Positions 30,333 through 41,480 of a DNA stretch of 64,000 nt are shown here, piece by piece (position 1 is the first letter of the stretch; each line of letters begins with the position of its first letter). The DNA is from Escherichia coli. GTDB lineage: Bacteria > Pseudomonadota > Gammaproteobacteria > Enterobacterales > Enterobacteriaceae. Both the position numbers and the translations under genes were made by a program. The notes under the pieces are model-generated. The model was not told where the DNA came from. It searched no databases and was given only the letters and a program-made list of their open reading frames with translations. The DNA lies in assembly GCF_003991155.1 (NCBI RefSeq), contig NZ_CP031293.1; one strand, written 5' to 3'.

Positions 30333-30851
30333 ATGAATACCGATGCAATTGAGTCGATGGTCAGGGACGTGTTGAACCGCATGAACAGTTTACAGGGTGC
30401 AGCTCCTGTTTCTGCGGTCCCCAGCGCGTCAATACAGAGCGCCAAAGTGACGGATTACCCGCTGGCAAATAAACATCCGGAATGGGTTAAAACAGCAACC
30501 AATAAAACGCTCGACGATTTCACTCTGGAAAATGTGCTCAGCGATAACGTCACCGCCCAGGATATGCGCATTACCCCTGAAACATTGCGTATTCAGGCCG
30601 CGATTGCCAGAGATGCTGGTCGCGATCGCCTGGCGATGAATTTCGAACGCGCCGCTGAGCTTACCTCAGTACCGGATGATCGCATCCTCGAAATCTACAA
30701 TGCGTTACGCCCTTATCGTTCGACTAAGCAAGAACTTATTGCCATTGCTGACGATCTTGAACGGCGTTATCAGGCCAAAATTTGTGCTGCATTTGTCCGT
30801 GAAGCTGCGGAACTTTATGTCGAGCGCAAAAAACTGAAAGGCGACGATTAA
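30333..30851 (+). CDS. pduE: Diol dehydratase small subunit
   Basis: The ORF is 172 aa and lies in the expected operon position. Confidence 0.9.
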   Translation: MNTDAIESMVRDVLNRMNSLQGAAPVSAVPSASIQSAKVTDYPLANKHPEWVKTATNKTLDDFTLENVLSDNVTAQDMRITPETLRIQAAIARDAGRDRLAMNFERAAELTSVPDDRILEIYNALRPYRSTKQELIAIADDLERRYQAKICAAFVREAAELYVERKKLKGDD

Positions 30852-30896
30852 GGACGAACTATGCGATATGACGATTAAGGACGAACTATGCGATAT
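30843..30896 (+). repeat. Perfect tandem duplication, 2 x 27 bp (GACGATTAAGGACGAACTATGCGATAT), across the pduE stop / pduG start
   Basis: Copy 1 is 30843-30869 and copy 2 is 30870-30896. I verified them base by base. Confidence 0.95.
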
Positions 30897-32720
30897 ATAG
30901 CAGGCATTGATATCGGCAACTCATCAACAGAGGTTGCGCTGGCAACGCTCAGTGCAACTGGAGAGTTGTCGTTCGTGAGTAGCGCCCTGGCGGAAACCAC
31001 CGGAATTAAAGGTACGTTGCGTAACGTCCATGGTATTCAGGAGGCGCTCGCACAGGCAACGAAAAAAGTCGGCATCAATGTTAGCGATATTTCGCTTATT
31101 CGTATCAACGAAGCAACTCCGGTCATTGGTGATGTGGCGATGGAAACCATCACTGAAACTATCATCACCGAATCAACCATGATCGGTCACAACCCGAAAA
31201 CGCCGGGCGGAGTGGGGCTGGGCGTAGGGCTCACCATCACTCCGCAAGAGTTATTAACATGCCCGGCGGACACACCCTACATTCTGGTGGTGTCATCGGC
31301 ATTTGATTTTGCCGATATCGCAACAATGATAAACGCCTCCGTACGCGCCGGATATCAGCTGACTGGCGTTATTCTGCAACGCGACGATGGCGTACTGGTC
31401 AATAACCGCCTGGAAATTCCTCTCCCTATTGTTGATGAAGTCCTCTACATCGATCGTATTCCGCTCGGCATGCTGGCTGCGATTGAAGTTGCCGTTCCCG
31501 GGAAAGTTATCGAAACCCTGTCTAACCCGTATGGGATTGCCACCGTTTTCGCCCTCAATGCTGAAGAGACTAAAAATATTGTTCCTGTCGCGCGGGCGCT
31601 AATCGGCAACCGTTCAGCAGTGGTAGTGAAAACGCCTTCTGGCGACGTTAAAGCCCGTTCGATACCCGCCGGAAATATCGAACTGCTTTCTGCCGGGCGC
31701 ACAACGCGGGTTGATGTAGCTGCTGGTGCCGATGCCATTATGAAAGCGGTCGGTGAGTGCCCAAAACTGGAAAACGTGACGGGAGAACCTGGCTCCAACA
31801 TCGGCGGAATGCTGGAACATGTTCGCCAGACCATGGCTGAACTGACCAACAAACCCAGCCACGAAATTTTTATTCAGGATTTGCTGGCGATAGATACCTC
31901 TGTCCCCGTCAACGTAACCGGTGGTCTGGCAGGTGAATTTTCACTGGAACAGGCTGTGGGTATTGCCTCTATGGTGAAATCCGACCGTCTGCAAATGGCG
32001 ATGATCGCCAGTGAAATTAAGCAAAAACTGCATGTTGATGTTCAGGTCGGAGGCGCAGAAGCAGAAGCCGCCATTCAAGGGGCCTTGACTACCCCTGGAA
32101 CCACACGTCCACTGGCAATTCTGGACTTAGGTGCAGGCTCTACCGATGCCTCCATCATCAATCAGAAAGGGGAAATTGTTGCCACTCACCTTGCGGGTGC
32201 GGGCGACATGGTAACGATGATTATCGTTCGTGAGCTGGGCTTAAATGATCGTTATCTGGCAGAAGAAATCAAAAAGTACCCGTTGGCAAAAGTAGAAAGC
32301 CTGTTCCACTTACGCCATGAAGATGGCAGCGTTCAGTTCTTCCCTACTCCCCTATCCCCCTATGTATTTGCCCGCGTCTGTGTAGTGAAACCCGACGAAC
32401 TGGTGCCTATTCCCGGTGATTTGACGCTGGAAAAAGTACGCGCTGTTCGTCGCAGTGCGAAAGAGCGTGTCTTCGTAACCAATGCCCTGCGCGCGCTACG
32501 TCAGGTAAGCCCTGCCGGAAATATTCGCGACATTCCGTTCGTCGTTCTGGTGGGCGGTTCTTCGCTGGATTTCGAAGTACCACAGTTAGTCACCGATGCA
32601 TTGGCGCATTATCGACTGGTCGCCGGACGGGGGAATATCCGTGGTAGCGAAGGTCCGCGCAACGCGGTAGCTACTGGGCTACTCATCGCCTGGCACAAGG
32701 AGTCGATTCATGGAAAGTAA
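30888..32720 (+). CDS. pduG: Diol dehydratase reactivase large subunit
   Basis: The ORF is 610 aa (MRYIAGIDIGNSSTEVALA...). Confidence 0.9.
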   Translation: MRYIAGIDIGNSSTEVALATLSATGELSFVSSALAETTGIKGTLRNVHGIQEALAQATKKVGINVSDISLIRINEATPVIGDVAMETITETIITESTMIGHNPKTPGGVGLGVGLTITPQELLTCPADTPYILVVSSAFDFADIATMINASVRAGYQLTGVILQRDDGVLVNNRLEIPLPIVDEVLYIDRIPLGMLAAIEVAVPGKVIETLSNPYGIATVFALNAEETKNIVPVARALIGNRSAVVVKTPSGDVKARSIPAGNIELLSAGRTTRVDVAAGADAIMKAVGECPKLENVTGEPGSNIGGMLEHVRQTMAELTNKPSHEIFIQDLLAIDTSVPVNVTGGLAGEFSLEQAVGIASMVKSDRLQMAMIASEIKQKLHVDVQVGGAEAEAAIQGALTTPGTTRPLAILDLGAGSTDASIINQKGEIVATHLAGAGDMVTMIIVRELGLNDRYLAEEIKKYPLAKVESLFHLRHEDGSVQFFPTPLSPYVFARVCVVKPDELVPIPGDLTLEKVRAVRRSAKERVFVTNALRALRQVSPAGNIRDIPFVVLVGGSSLDFEVPQLVTDALAHYRLVAGRGNIRGSEGPRNAVATGLLIAWHKESIHGK

Positions 32721-33060
32721 AGAGCGTGCACCAGCCATCGTCGTCATGGAGATCGGTAACTGCATCACTATATGGGATGAGGTGCTTCTTGGCATTGAAG
32801 AGGAAGGTATTCCCTTTCGCATTCAACACATTCCGTCAGGTGAAGTTATCGATAGCGCCTGGCTGGCTGCTCGTCAATCTCCCCTGTTGGTTGGCATTGC
32901 CTGCGATCAGGAAAAACTGATTGTGCATTACAAAAACTTACCACCATCAGCGCCACTGTTTACGCTGATGTATCAACAAGATAACCATGCCCGGCGCAGC
33001 ATCGGCACTAACGCTGCCCGCCTGGTAAAAGGAATTCCCTTCCGGGAATTCCACTCATAA
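32710..33060 (+). CDS. pduH: Diol dehydratase reactivase small subunit
   Basis: The ORF is 116 aa, overlaps the pduG end, and is in the expected operon position. Confidence 0.85.
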   Translation: MESKERAPAIVVMEIGNCITIWDEVLLGIEEEGIPFRIQHIPSGEVIDSAWLAARQSPLLVGIACDQEKLIVHYKNLPPSAPLFTLMYQQDNHARRSIGTNAARLVKGIPFREFHS

Positions 33061-33079
33061 TCCACAGGAGAAACGCAGT

Positions 33080-33355
33080 ATGAACAACGCACTAGGACTG
33101 GTTGAAACAAAAGGGTTAGTTGGCGCAATTGAAGCTGCAGATGCCATGGTTAAATCCGCCAACGTGCAGCTGGTTGGCTATGAAAAGATTGGTTCGGGTC
33201 TGATTACGGTGATGGTCCGCGGTGATGTTGGTGCAGTAAAGGCCGCCGTGGATGCGGGGAGCGCTGCGGCAAGCGCAGTTGGCGAAGTGAAATCCTGCCA
33301 TGTCATCCCGCGCCCACACAGTGATGTTGAGGCTATTTTACCTAAATCGGCATAA
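33080..33355 (+). CDS. pduJ: BMC-H shell protein PduJ
   Basis: [29 protein letters not shown]... Confidence 0.95.
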   Translation: MNNALGLVETKGLVGAIEAADAMVKSANVQLVGYEKIGSGLITVMVRGDVGAVKAAVDAGSAAASAVGEVKSCHVIPRPHSDVEAILPKSA

Positions 33356-33378
33356 CCCCATTTGCTAAGGAGCACAGC

Positions 33379-33801
33379 GTGAAGCAATCACTGGGATTAC
33401 TTGAAGTCAGTGGTCTGGCACTCGCCATCAGTTGCGCAGATGCTATGGCAAAAGCCGCGTCCATCACGCTGGTTGGCCTTGAGAAGACCAATGGCTCAGG
33501 CTGGACGCTCATCAAAATCACCGGTGACGTCGCCTCGGTTAATGCGGCGATCGCGACGGGAGCCAGTTTCGCCGGACAGCGAAATGGCCTCGTCGCACAC
33601 AAAGTGATTGCCCGTCCGGGAGACGGCATTCTGCCCCACACAACTAAAGCATTGACTGTGACGGTTGAAACAAGCGAAACACCAGCAACAACCGTCATCT
33701 CAGAGATTATCAGTTGTAATTTGTGTCTTGACCCGGCATGTCAGCGGCAAAAAGGTGAGCCCCGCTCACTTTGCCTGCACGCCAATAAGCGAGGGGAGTA
33801 A
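33379..33801 (+). CDS. pduK: BMC shell protein PduK
   Basis: It has a GTG start, a BMC domain and a Cys-rich C-terminal tail (CNLCLDPACQRQKGEPRSLC). Confidence 0.9.
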   Translation: MKQSLGLLEVSGLALAISCADAMAKAASITLVGLEKTNGSGWTLIKITGDVASVNAAIATGASFAGQRNGLVAHKVIARPGDGILPHTTKALTVTVETSETPATTVISEIISCNLCLDPACQRQKGEPRSLCLHANKRGE

Positions 33802-33803
33802 CA

Positions 33804-34436
33804 GTGGATAAACAAACCTTGCAGGAAACAGTGAGCCAGATTCTGGATGAGATGCGCGAGCGCCCTATCCCTCTGGGTGTTTCCAGTCGTCATATTCATC
33901 TTTCAACAGCGGATTATTTGCGTCTTTTTCCTGAACAACCGATTAGCGAGAAAAAGCCGTTAATGCAACCTGGCCAATTCGCTGCTGAACAGGTTGTTAC
34001 GCTGGAGGGACCAAAAGGTAAATTGCACAACGTTCGCTTGTTGGGGCCGCTACGCAATGCAAGCCAGGTGGAAATTTCCCGGACGGACGCCAGAACGTTA
34101 GGGATCACCGCCCCGCTACGCATGTCAGGCGATCTCAGCGGCACTCCAGGGATTCGTTTGGTAAGCCCATTTGCGGAACTGGAGATCACATCTGGCGTCA
34201 TTGTCGCGCAACGGCATATTCATATGTCTCCGCTGGATGCCCTGATTTATGGCGTTACGCATGGCGATAAAGTGGCGGTTGCCATTGAAGGTGATGAGCG
34301 ACGACTGATATTCGAAAACGTCGCTGTTCGCGTCTCTCCGGATATGCGTCTTGAAATGCATATTGATACCGATGAAGCCAACGCCGCAGGGGCTGATAGC
34401 CCTGACGTTTTTGCCACACTGGTGTCAGTGCCATGA
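33804..34436 (+). CDS. pduL: Phosphotransacylase PduL
   Basis: The ORF is 210 aa with a GTG start and the text PLGVSSRHIHLS...AQRHIHMSP. Confidence 0.9.
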   Translation: MDKQTLQETVSQILDEMRERPIPLGVSSRHIHLSTADYLRLFPEQPISEKKPLMQPGQFAAEQVVTLEGPKGKLHNVRLLGPLRNASQVEISRTDARTLGITAPLRMSGDLSGTPGIRLVSPFAELEITSGVIVAQRHIHMSPLDALIYGVTHGDKVAVAIEGDERRLIFENVAVRVSPDMRLEMHIDTDEANAAGADSPDVFATLVSVP

Positions 34437-34924
34437 ATAACATGCTGATGCAACGTATTGTTGACGAAGTGGTTTTTCGCCTTAAACAACGTGCGGGAAA
34501 AACACTCGTGCTGACTGTTTTTCAACTGCGAGACGCCAGCGTTCAAGAGATAGTTCATCAGTATGCATCATTACAAATCCGATATGTCGATCTGCCGTTG
34601 TTACGACAACTTGCGGAGAACAAAACGTCAGATCGAGCAGCAATTCAGATACACGAAGCGTTAGCCTGGGGATTGCACATTCAATTGTCGTTGCAGCGTC
34701 ATTTCCTGAACGCCATTGAATTGAAGACTCTCGCCCGTCTACCGCTAAGCTGGTGCGACGAGCAAGGGCAACCGATCTACCTTCATCGTGATCGACTTTT
34801 AAGTTATGCCGATATTGCACAGTTAAGCTCGGGAATACTGGTGTTACAGCGAAAATGTTGTGTGACCGCACTGGCTCGTGAAGCGGCAATTACCCGAAAT
34901 ATTCAGTTAATCAGGCAGGAGTAA
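34433..34924 (+). CDS. pduM: Microcompartment structural protein PduM
   Basis: The ORF is 163 aa and lies in the expected operon position. Confidence 0.8.
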   Translation: MNNMLMQRIVDEVVFRLKQRAGKTLVLTVFQLRDASVQEIVHQYASLQIRYVDLPLLRQLAENKTSDRAAIQIHEALAWGLHIQLSLQRHFLNAIELKTLARLPLSWCDEQGQPIYLHRDRLLSYADIAQLSSGILVLQRKCCVTALAREAAITRNIQLIRQE

Positions 34925-34927
34925 CCT

Positions 34928-35203
34928 ATGCATCTGGCTCGAGTCACTGGCGCGGTAGTATCCACGCAAAAATCACCTTCTCTGATCGGGAAAAAACTGC
35001 TGCTGGTTCGCCGGGTCAGTGCTGACGGCGAACTGCCTCTCACGCCATTAACCGGCGACGAAGTTGCCGTTGATTCCGTCGGCGCAGGCGTTGGTGAGTT
35101 GGTACTCCTCAGCAGTGGTTCCAGCGCCAGACATGTGTTTTCCGGCCCTAACGAGGCCATCGACCTGGCAGTGGTCGGCATTGTCGATACGCTTTCGCGC
35201 TAA
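34928..35203 (+). CDS. pduN: BMC vertex (pentamer) protein PduN
   Basis: [27 protein letters not shown] is EutN/CcmL-type text. Confidence 0.9.
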   Translation: MHLARVTGAVVSTQKSPSLIGKKLLLVRRVSADGELPLTPLTGDEVAVDSVGAGVGELVLLSSGSSARHVFSGPNEAIDLAVVGIVDTLSR

Positions 35204-35214
35204 GGAGCTGAAAG

Positions 35215-36222
35215 ATGGCAATTTATACCCGAACAGGTGATTCAGGAAGTACGTCTTTATTTACCGGACAGCGCGTCAGCAAAACTCATCTACGTGTCGA
35301 AACCTATGGCACGCTGGATGAACTGAACGCGACACTCAGTCTGTGTTATTGCGCCACCGCCATCGAAAGCCATCGCATCTTACTGGAAGCCATTCAACAA
35401 CAGATATTTTGGTTTAGCGCCGAACTCGCCAGTGAAAGCGAACAGCCGTCAGCGCAGCAGCGTTACATCGGTACGGAAGAAATTGCCGCGCTGGAAAACG
35501 CGATCGATAGCGCAATGAACGCCGTCCCCCCGGTTCACAGCTTCATTCTGCCTGGTCGATGTGAAGCTGCAAGCCGCATGCATTTCGCCCGCACGGTGGC
35601 TCGACGGGCTGAAAGACGTCTGGTTGAACTGACAACAGAAACCACCGTCCGGAATGTTTTGCTGCACTATATCAACCGACTTTCCGATTGCCTGTATGCC
35701 CTCGCCCGCGTGGAAGACAACGTTGCTCATCAAAACCTGATGATTCAGGAAATCACAAAACGTTATCACGAAGCCAACCACACACCAGCATTGAAGGAAC
35801 GCACAATGCCGCTCACTTTTCAGGATCTTCACCAGCTCATTCGTAGTGCGGCAATGCGCGCAGATGAACTGCATATTCCCGTTGTCATCAGCATTGTTGA
35901 TGCCAACGGAACAGAAAGTGTTACCTGGCGGATGCCTGATGCCCTGTTGGTCAGCAGTGAACTGGCACCGAAAAAAGCCTGGACCGCCGTGGCGATGAAA
36001 ACGGCAACCCACAAACTTGCTGATACCGTGCAACCCGGCGCGCCGCTTTACGGGCTCGAAAGCCATATGCAAGGCAAAGTCGTCACTTTTGGTGGCGGCT
36101 TCCCCCTCTGGCGTGACGGAAAATTGCTTGGCGGGCTTGGCATCAGCGGCGGTAGCGTTGAACAAGACATGGATATTGCCCAAAGCGCAATGGCGGCAAT
36201 TAACGTGGGAGTAAACCAATGA
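35215..36222 (+). CDS. pduO: ATP:cob(I)alamin adenosyltransferase PduO
   Basis: The ORF is 335 aa (MAIYTRTGDSGSTSLFTGQRVSK...). Confidence 0.9.
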   Translation: MAIYTRTGDSGSTSLFTGQRVSKTHLRVETYGTLDELNATLSLCYCATAIESHRILLEAIQQQIFWFSAELASESEQPSAQQRYIGTEEIAALENAIDSAMNAVPPVHSFILPGRCEAASRMHFARTVARRAERRLVELTTETTVRNVLLHYINRLSDCLYALARVEDNVAHQNLMIQEITKRYHEANHTPALKERTMPLTFQDLHQLIRSAAMRADELHIPVVISIVDANGTESVTWRMPDALLVSSELAPKKAWTAVAMKTATHKLADTVQPGAPLYGLESHMQGKVVTFGGGFPLWRDGKLLGGLGISGGSVEQDMDIAQSAMAAINVGVNQ

Positions 36223-37604
36223 ATAACTCTGAATTAGAAACACTGATCCGCAATATTCTGCGTGAGCAGCTTGCCCCCGCTACGCAACGAGCGCAAAGAA
36301 ACGCTATTTTCCAGACTGTTGATGAAGCGGTCTGCGCAGCGCACCAGGCCTTTTTACGCTTTCAACAGTGCCCGCTTAAAACCCGTAGCGCCATTATCAG
36401 CGCCATTCGCGAAGAATTAATGCCCCGCCTTACCGAACTGGCAGAAGAAAGCGCCAGTGAAACAGGGATGGGAAATAAAGAGGATAAGTATCTAAAGAAC
36501 AAAGCAGCACTCAATAATACGCCAGGAATTGAAGATTTAACCACCACTGCACTAACCGGTGATGGTGGCATGGTTTTGTTTGAATACTCCCCGTTTGGGG
36601 TTATTGGCTCGGTCACGCCAAGCACCAACCCCACGGAAACCATCATTAACAACAGCATCAGCATGCTGGCAGCAGGTAATAGCGTCTACTTCAGTCCACA
36701 CCCGGGAGCCAAATACGTTTCGTTAAAACTGATTACCACAATCGAAGACATCGCGTTTCGCTGTAGTGGCATTCACAACCTGATCGTTACCGTATCTGAA
36801 CCGACCTTTGCCGCCACCGAACAGATGATGGCGCACCCTAAAATCAGCGTTCTGGCGATTACCGGCGGTCCGGGGATCGTCGCCATGGGAATGAAAAGTG
36901 GCAAGAAAGTGATTGGTGCCGGTGCGGGTAACCCTCCGTGCATCGTCGATGAAACGGCGGATATTGTGAAAGCCGCCGAAGATATCATCAACGGCGCTTC
37001 ATTTGATTACAACCTGCCGTGTATCGCTGAAAAAAGCCTGATTGTCGTGGCATCAGTGGCAGAGTATTTAATTCAGCAGATGCAAAGTTTTGGCGCGCTT
37101 CTTCTTAACTATGAGCAAACGGAGAAATTGCGTGCAATTTGCCTGCCAGACGGTAGCGCCAACAAAAAACTGGTTGGGAAAAGCCCATCAGCCTTGCTGG
37201 AAGCGGCAGGCCTCCCTTTGCCCGCAAAAGCGCCGCGCCTACTGATTGCTGTTGTCGACGCCAATGATAGTTGGGTTACTTGTGAACAACTGATGCCAAT
37301 GCTGCCCATTGTGAAGGTCAACGATTTTGATAGCGCTCTCGCCCTGGCGTTGAAAGTGGAAGACGGCTTGCACCACACGGCAATTATGCACTCGCAGAAC
37401 GTCTCACGGCTCAACCTTGCCGCGCGCGTTATGCAAACCTCAATCTTTGTCAAAAACGGCCCCTCTTGGGCGGGTATTGGCGTCGGCGGCGAAGGCTTTA
37501 CGACCTTTACTATTGCAACACCGACCGGAGAAGGGACAACGTCAGCACGGACTTTTGCCCGCTCACGACGCTGTGTGTTAACCAGCGGCTTTTCAATTCG
37601 CTAG
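36219..37604 (+). CDS. pduP: CoA-acylating propionaldehyde dehydrogenase PduP
   Basis: The ORF is 461 aa with aldehyde dehydrogenase text and an N-terminal targeting helix (ELETLIRNILREQL). Confidence 0.9.
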   Translation: MNNSELETLIRNILREQLAPATQRAQRNAIFQTVDEAVCAAHQAFLRFQQCPLKTRSAIISAIREELMPRLTELAEESASETGMGNKEDKYLKNKAALNNTPGIEDLTTTALTGDGGMVLFEYSPFGVIGSVTPSTNPTETIINNSISMLAAGNSVYFSPHPGAKYVSLKLITTIEDIAFRCSGIHNLIVTVSEPTFAATEQMMAHPKISVLAITGGPGIVAMGMKSGKKVIGAGAGNPPCIVDETADIVKAAEDIINGASFDYNLPCIAEKSLIVVASVAEYLIQQMQSFGALLLNYEQTEKLRAICLPDGSANKKLVGKSPSALLEAAGLPLPAKAPRLLIAVVDANDSWVTCEQLMPMLPIVKVNDFDSALALALKVEDGLHHTAIMHSQNVSRLNLAARVMQTSIFVKNGPSWAGIGVGGEGFTTFTIATPTGEGTTSARTFARSRRCVLTSGFSIR

Positions 37605-37614
37605 AGAAACGGAA

Positions 37615-38727
37615 ATGAATACTTTTTCACTGCAGACGCGTTTATACAGCGGACCAGGAAGTCTCAAGGTACTTAGCCGTTTCTCTCATAGACACATCTG
37701 GATTATTTGCGATGCCTTTCTGGCACACTCACCACTCATTGACACGTTGCATCAGGCGCTGCCAGACAGTAATCGTCTCAGTATTTTTAGCGAAATAACG
37801 CCCGACCCAACTATCCAGACCGTGGTGAAAGGCATTGCGCAAATGCAGACTTTACGCCCGGATGTGGTTATCGGTTTTGGCGGCGGTTCTGCCCTGGACG
37901 CCGCAAAAGCGATTGTCTGGTTTGGTCGCCAGTGTGGCATTGAAATTGAAACCTGCGTAGCCATTCCTACCACCAGCGGTACCGGTTCCGAAGTGACCAG
38001 TGCTTGTGTCATCAGCGATCCTGAGAAAGGGATTAAATATCCCCTTTTCGATAATGCACTTTATCCGGATATCGCGATCCTTGATCCATCTCTGGTCGTC
38101 AGCGTGCCACCGGCGATAACGGCCAATACCGGGATGGATGTTTTAACCCATGCGCTTGAAGCTTATGTTTCTCCTCGCGCCAGCGACTTCACGGATGCAC
38201 TGGTCGAAAAAGCCGTGCAAATTGTTTTTCAATACCTGCCCACTGCAGTGAAGAAAGGCGATTGTCTCGCCACCCGTGGCAAAATGCATAATGCATCGAC
38301 ACTTGCAGGAATGGCCTTTAGCCAGGCTGGACTGGGATTAAACCATGCAATTGCTCATCAACTCGGCGGACAGTTTCATCTGCCACACGGCCTGGCGAAT
38401 GCGCTCCTGCTCACGGCGGTTATCCGCTTTAATGCTGGCGATCCGCGCGCTGCCAAACGCTACGCCCGGCTGGCGAAAACGTGCCATTTATGCCCGGACA
38501 ACGCCAATGACACCGCCAGCCTGAATGCACTTATTCAACATATTGAACAGCTTAAAACAACCTGTACGCTGCCGACTCTTACCAATGCGCTGAAAGAAAA
38601 AAAAGCAGAATGGTCAATACGCATACCAGATATGGTTCAGGCGGCACTGGCGGATGCAACGTTGCGTACCAACCCGCGTGCGGCTGATGCCTCCGCGATT
38701 GCAGAACTGCTCGAGGAGTTGTTATGA
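37615..38727 (+). CDS. pduQ: 1-propanol dehydrogenase PduQ (iron-type ADH)
   Basis: The ORF is 370 aa (GGGSALDAAKA...HAIAHQLGGQFHLPHG). Confidence 0.9.
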   Translation: MNTFSLQTRLYSGPGSLKVLSRFSHRHIWIICDAFLAHSPLIDTLHQALPDSNRLSIFSEITPDPTIQTVVKGIAQMQTLRPDVVIGFGGGSALDAAKAIVWFGRQCGIEIETCVAIPTTSGTGSEVTSACVISDPEKGIKYPLFDNALYPDIAILDPSLVVSVPPAITANTGMDVLTHALEAYVSPRASDFTDALVEKAVQIVFQYLPTAVKKGDCLATRGKMHNASTLAGMAFSQAGLGLNHAIAHQLGGQFHLPHGLANALLLTAVIRFNAGDPRAAKRYARLAKTCHLCPDNANDTASLNALIQHIEQLKTTCTLPTLTNALKEKKAEWSIRIPDMVQAALADATLRTNPRAADASAIAELLEELL

Positions 38728-40067
38728 ACGTCGAGTTAACCTCCTGCGACGACCAGACCATCCGCGAGCGAGTACAGGCAGCAGGTGTCGTGGGTGCTGG
38801 CGGGGCAGGTTTTCCAACCCATATTAAGCTACAAGCGCGTGTTGACACGTTCCTGGTGAATGCGGCGGAATGCGAACCCATGTTGAAAGTGGATCAACAG
38901 TTAATGGTGCAGCAAGCCAGCCGCCTGCTTCGCGGTGTTCACTATGCGATGAAAGCCACCGGGGCCAGTAGCGGAATCATCGCGCTGAAAGAGAAATATC
39001 AACGGGCAATAAACGCACTCACACCACTGTTACCACCGGATATCCGCCTGCATATTTTGCCCGATGTTTACCCCGCAGGAGACGAAGTGCTGACCATCTG
39101 GATGGCAACTGGTCGCCGCGTTCCACCCGCTGCATTACCCGTTAGCGTCGGTGTGGTGGTCAATAATGTTCAAACCGTACTTAATATTGCCAGAGCCGTC
39201 GAGCAACAGTATCCAGTGACGCGCCGCACACTCACTATTAATGGTGCAGTGGCGAAACCAATAACGGTAACCGTCCCCATCGGCATGTCTTTCCGTGAAG
39301 TCCTGGCGCTGGCGGGCGGCGCAACAGTAGATGCTCCTGGTTTTATCAATGGCGGGCCGATGATGGGAAGTTTGATCACATCGCTCGACACACCCGTCAG
39401 CAAAACCACTGGCGGCTTGCTGGTTTTACCCAACTCTCATTCACTGATCCAACGTCGAATGCAGAATGACCGCAGCGTACTTACCGTCGCGAAAACTGTT
39501 TGTGAGCAATGCCGCTTGTGTACCGATCTCTGCCCACGTCATTTAGTCGGTCACGAACTGGCCCCCCATTTATTAGTACGTGCGGTTAACTACCAACAGC
39601 TCGCTACGCCACAACTGTTACTGACGGCGCTCACCTGTTCGGAGTGCAACGTCTGCGCCAGCGTCGCCTGTCCGGTAGGAATTTTACCAATGCGCATAAA
39701 CCGCCTGCTTAAGCAGGAATTACGCGCACAAAATCTCCGCTACGAAGGTGCCTTAAATCCTGCAGATCCCTTGGCAAATTATCGACTGGTTCCCGTAAAA
39801 CGGCTGGTAACCAGACTGGGCTTAACCCCGTGGTATCAGGATGCGCCATTGTCTGAACAGGTGCCTCAGCCCGAAAAAGTGACGTTATTGTTACGCCAGC
39901 ACATCGGTGCCAGCGCAATTGCGTGTGTACAAAAAGGCGATCGCGTCGTTCATGGGCAATGTGTAGGTCAAATTCCACACGGCACATTAGGTGCCCCCAT
40001 TCATGCCAGTATTGATGGCATGGTCAGCGATGTGACAGAAAACGCGATTACGCTTGTGAGAGGTTAA
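38724..40067 (+). CDS. pduS: Cobalamin reductase PduS (RnfC-like, Fe-S)
   Basis: The ORF is 447 aa with [12 protein letters not shown] and two Cys clusters ([12 protein letters not shown] and [13 protein letters not shown]). Confidence 0.9.
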   Translation: MNVELTSCDDQTIRERVQAAGVVGAGGAGFPTHIKLQARVDTFLVNAAECEPMLKVDQQLMVQQASRLLRGVHYAMKATGASSGIIALKEKYQRAINALTPLLPPDIRLHILPDVYPAGDEVLTIWMATGRRVPPAALPVSVGVVVNNVQTVLNIARAVEQQYPVTRRTLTINGAVAKPITVTVPIGMSFREVLALAGGATVDAPGFINGGPMMGSLITSLDTPVSKTTGGLLVLPNSHSLIQRRMQNDRSVLTVAKTVCEQCRLCTDLCPRHLVGHELAPHLLVRAVNYQQLATPQLLLTALTCSECNVCASVACPVGILPMRINRLLKQELRAQNLRYEGALNPADPLANYRLVPVKRLVTRLGLTPWYQDAPLSEQVPQPEKVTLLLRQHIGASAIACVQKGDRVVHGQCVGQIPHGTLGAPIHASIDGMVSDVTENAITLVRG

Positions 40068-40069
40068 CG

Positions 40070-40624
40070 ATGTCGAAAGCGGTAGGTATTTTAGAACTTA
40101 GCAGTATCGCGAAAGGGATGGAAACCGGCGACGCCATGCTGAAAAGCGCCAACGTTGAGTTACTGGTCAGCAAAACGCTATGCCCCGGAAAATTTCTGCT
40201 GATGCTCGGTGGCGATGTGGGCGCGGTGCAACAGGCCATCAACAGCGGTGCTTCCCTTGCTGGTGAAATGCTGGTCGACAGTCTTGTCCTGCCGAATATT
40301 CATCCCAGTCTCCTTTCTGCAATCAGCGGACTGAACCAAGTTGAACAGCACCGGGCTGTCGGCGTAGTCGAAACCTGGAGTGTCGCCGCCTGCATTGACG
40401 CTGCCGATTGTGCTGTCAAAGCTGCGAATGTCATTCTTGTTCGCGTGCATATGGCTTTTGGCATTGGCGGTAAATGCTACATGGTGGTTGCTGGCGATAT
40501 TTCAGATGTTAATAACGCGGTCTCTGTCGCCAGCGAGCGTGCGGGAGAAAAAGGTTTGTTGGTCTATCGGTCGGTGATTGCCCGTCCACATGAAGCCATG
40601 TGGCGTCAGATGGTGGAGGGATAA
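40070..40624 (+). CDS. pduT: BMC-T shell protein PduT
   Basis: The ORF is 184 aa with tandem BMC domains. Confidence 0.9.
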   Translation: MSKAVGILELSSIAKGMETGDAMLKSANVELLVSKTLCPGKFLLMLGGDVGAVQQAINSGASLAGEMLVDSLVLPNIHPSLLSAISGLNQVEQHRAVGVVETWSVAACIDAADCAVKAANVILVRVHMAFGIGGKCYMVVAGDISDVNNAVSVASERAGEKGLLVYRSVIARPHEAMWRQMVEG

Positions 40625-40974
40625 TGACAACTCAGCACACAACTGAACGGATGATTCAGGAATATGTCCCTGGTAAGCAGGTCACGCTGGCACATGTCAT
40701 CGCCAATCCAGGGAAGGATCTGTTTAAGAAATTGGGTTTACCAGACACCGTTTCTGCTATTGGCATTCTGACGATTACCCCCAGCGAAGCATCTATCATC
40801 GCATGCGATATCGCCACAAAATCAGGCGCTGTAGAGATCGGTTTTCTTGATCGTTTTACCGGTGCCGTAGTGCTGACTGGTGATGTTTCTGCCATTGAAT
40901 ATGCACTTAGCCAGGTTACCCGTACGCTGGGTGAAATGATGCGCTTTACCACCTGCCCCATTACGCGGACCTGA
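40624..40974 (+). CDS. pduU: BMC shell protein PduU (circularly permuted BMC)
   Basis: It starts at [19 protein letters not shown] (TAATG overlap with pduT). The listed longer ORF begins upstream, inside pduT. Confidence 0.85.
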   Translation: MTTQHTTERMIQEYVPGKQVTLAHVIANPGKDLFKKLGLPDTVSAIGILTITPSEASIIACDIATKSGAVEIGFLDRFTGAVVLTGDVSAIEYALSQVTRTLGEMMRFTTCPITRT

Positions 40975-40978
40975 CGTT

Positions 40979-41422
40979 ATGCAACGTATGATGCTTATCG
41001 GCCCCAGCCAGTGCGGAAAAACGTCACTCACGCAATGTCTGCGTGGCGAAAATATCCATTATCAGAAAACGCAGGCAATCGTCTGGTCCCCGACCACCAT
41101 TGATACACCAGGCGAATACCTCGAAAACCGCAGCCTCTACAGTGCATTGTTGGTCAGTGCCTGCGAAGCAGACATTATCGCGCTGGTACTTAATGCGGAC
41201 GCACCGTGGTCACCTTTTTCGCCAGGCTTTACCTCGTCAATGAATCGCCCGGTCATTGGAGTAGTAACCAAAGCAGATTTAGCCAGTATGGAACAAATAT
41301 CTTTGGTGAAATGTTGGTTACGGGAAGCTGGAGCGCACAACGTGTTAGTAACCAGTGCGGTTAATAACAATGGAGTTACAGAAGTTTTTGCCTTGCTGCA
41401 TACAGAAGAAGGCTGTCGCTAA
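40979..41422 (+). CDS. pduV: Small GTPase-like protein PduV (EutP family)
   Basis: The ORF is 147 aa with the P-loop [10 protein letters not shown]. Confidence 0.9.
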   Translation: MQRMMLIGPSQCGKTSLTQCLRGENIHYQKTQAIVWSPTTIDTPGEYLENRSLYSALLVSACEADIIALVLNADAPWSPFSPGFTSSMNRPVIGVVTKADLASMEQISLVKCWLREAGAHNVLVTSAVNNNGVTEVFALLHTEEGCR

Positions 41423-41480
41423 TTTCGATAGGTTCTCAGATGAGAATGATGACGGTGATACACAGATAAGAATCAATGAG

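Noticed and set aside
35449-36243. A 264-aa minus-strand ORF
   Set aside because: It is antisense to pduO, whose adenosyltransferase sequence is clear on the plus strand. It has no RBS and no operon logic. The many other 60-135-aa antisense ORFs inside pdu, cob, yeeO, dacD and the phage structural genes were dismissed for the same reason.
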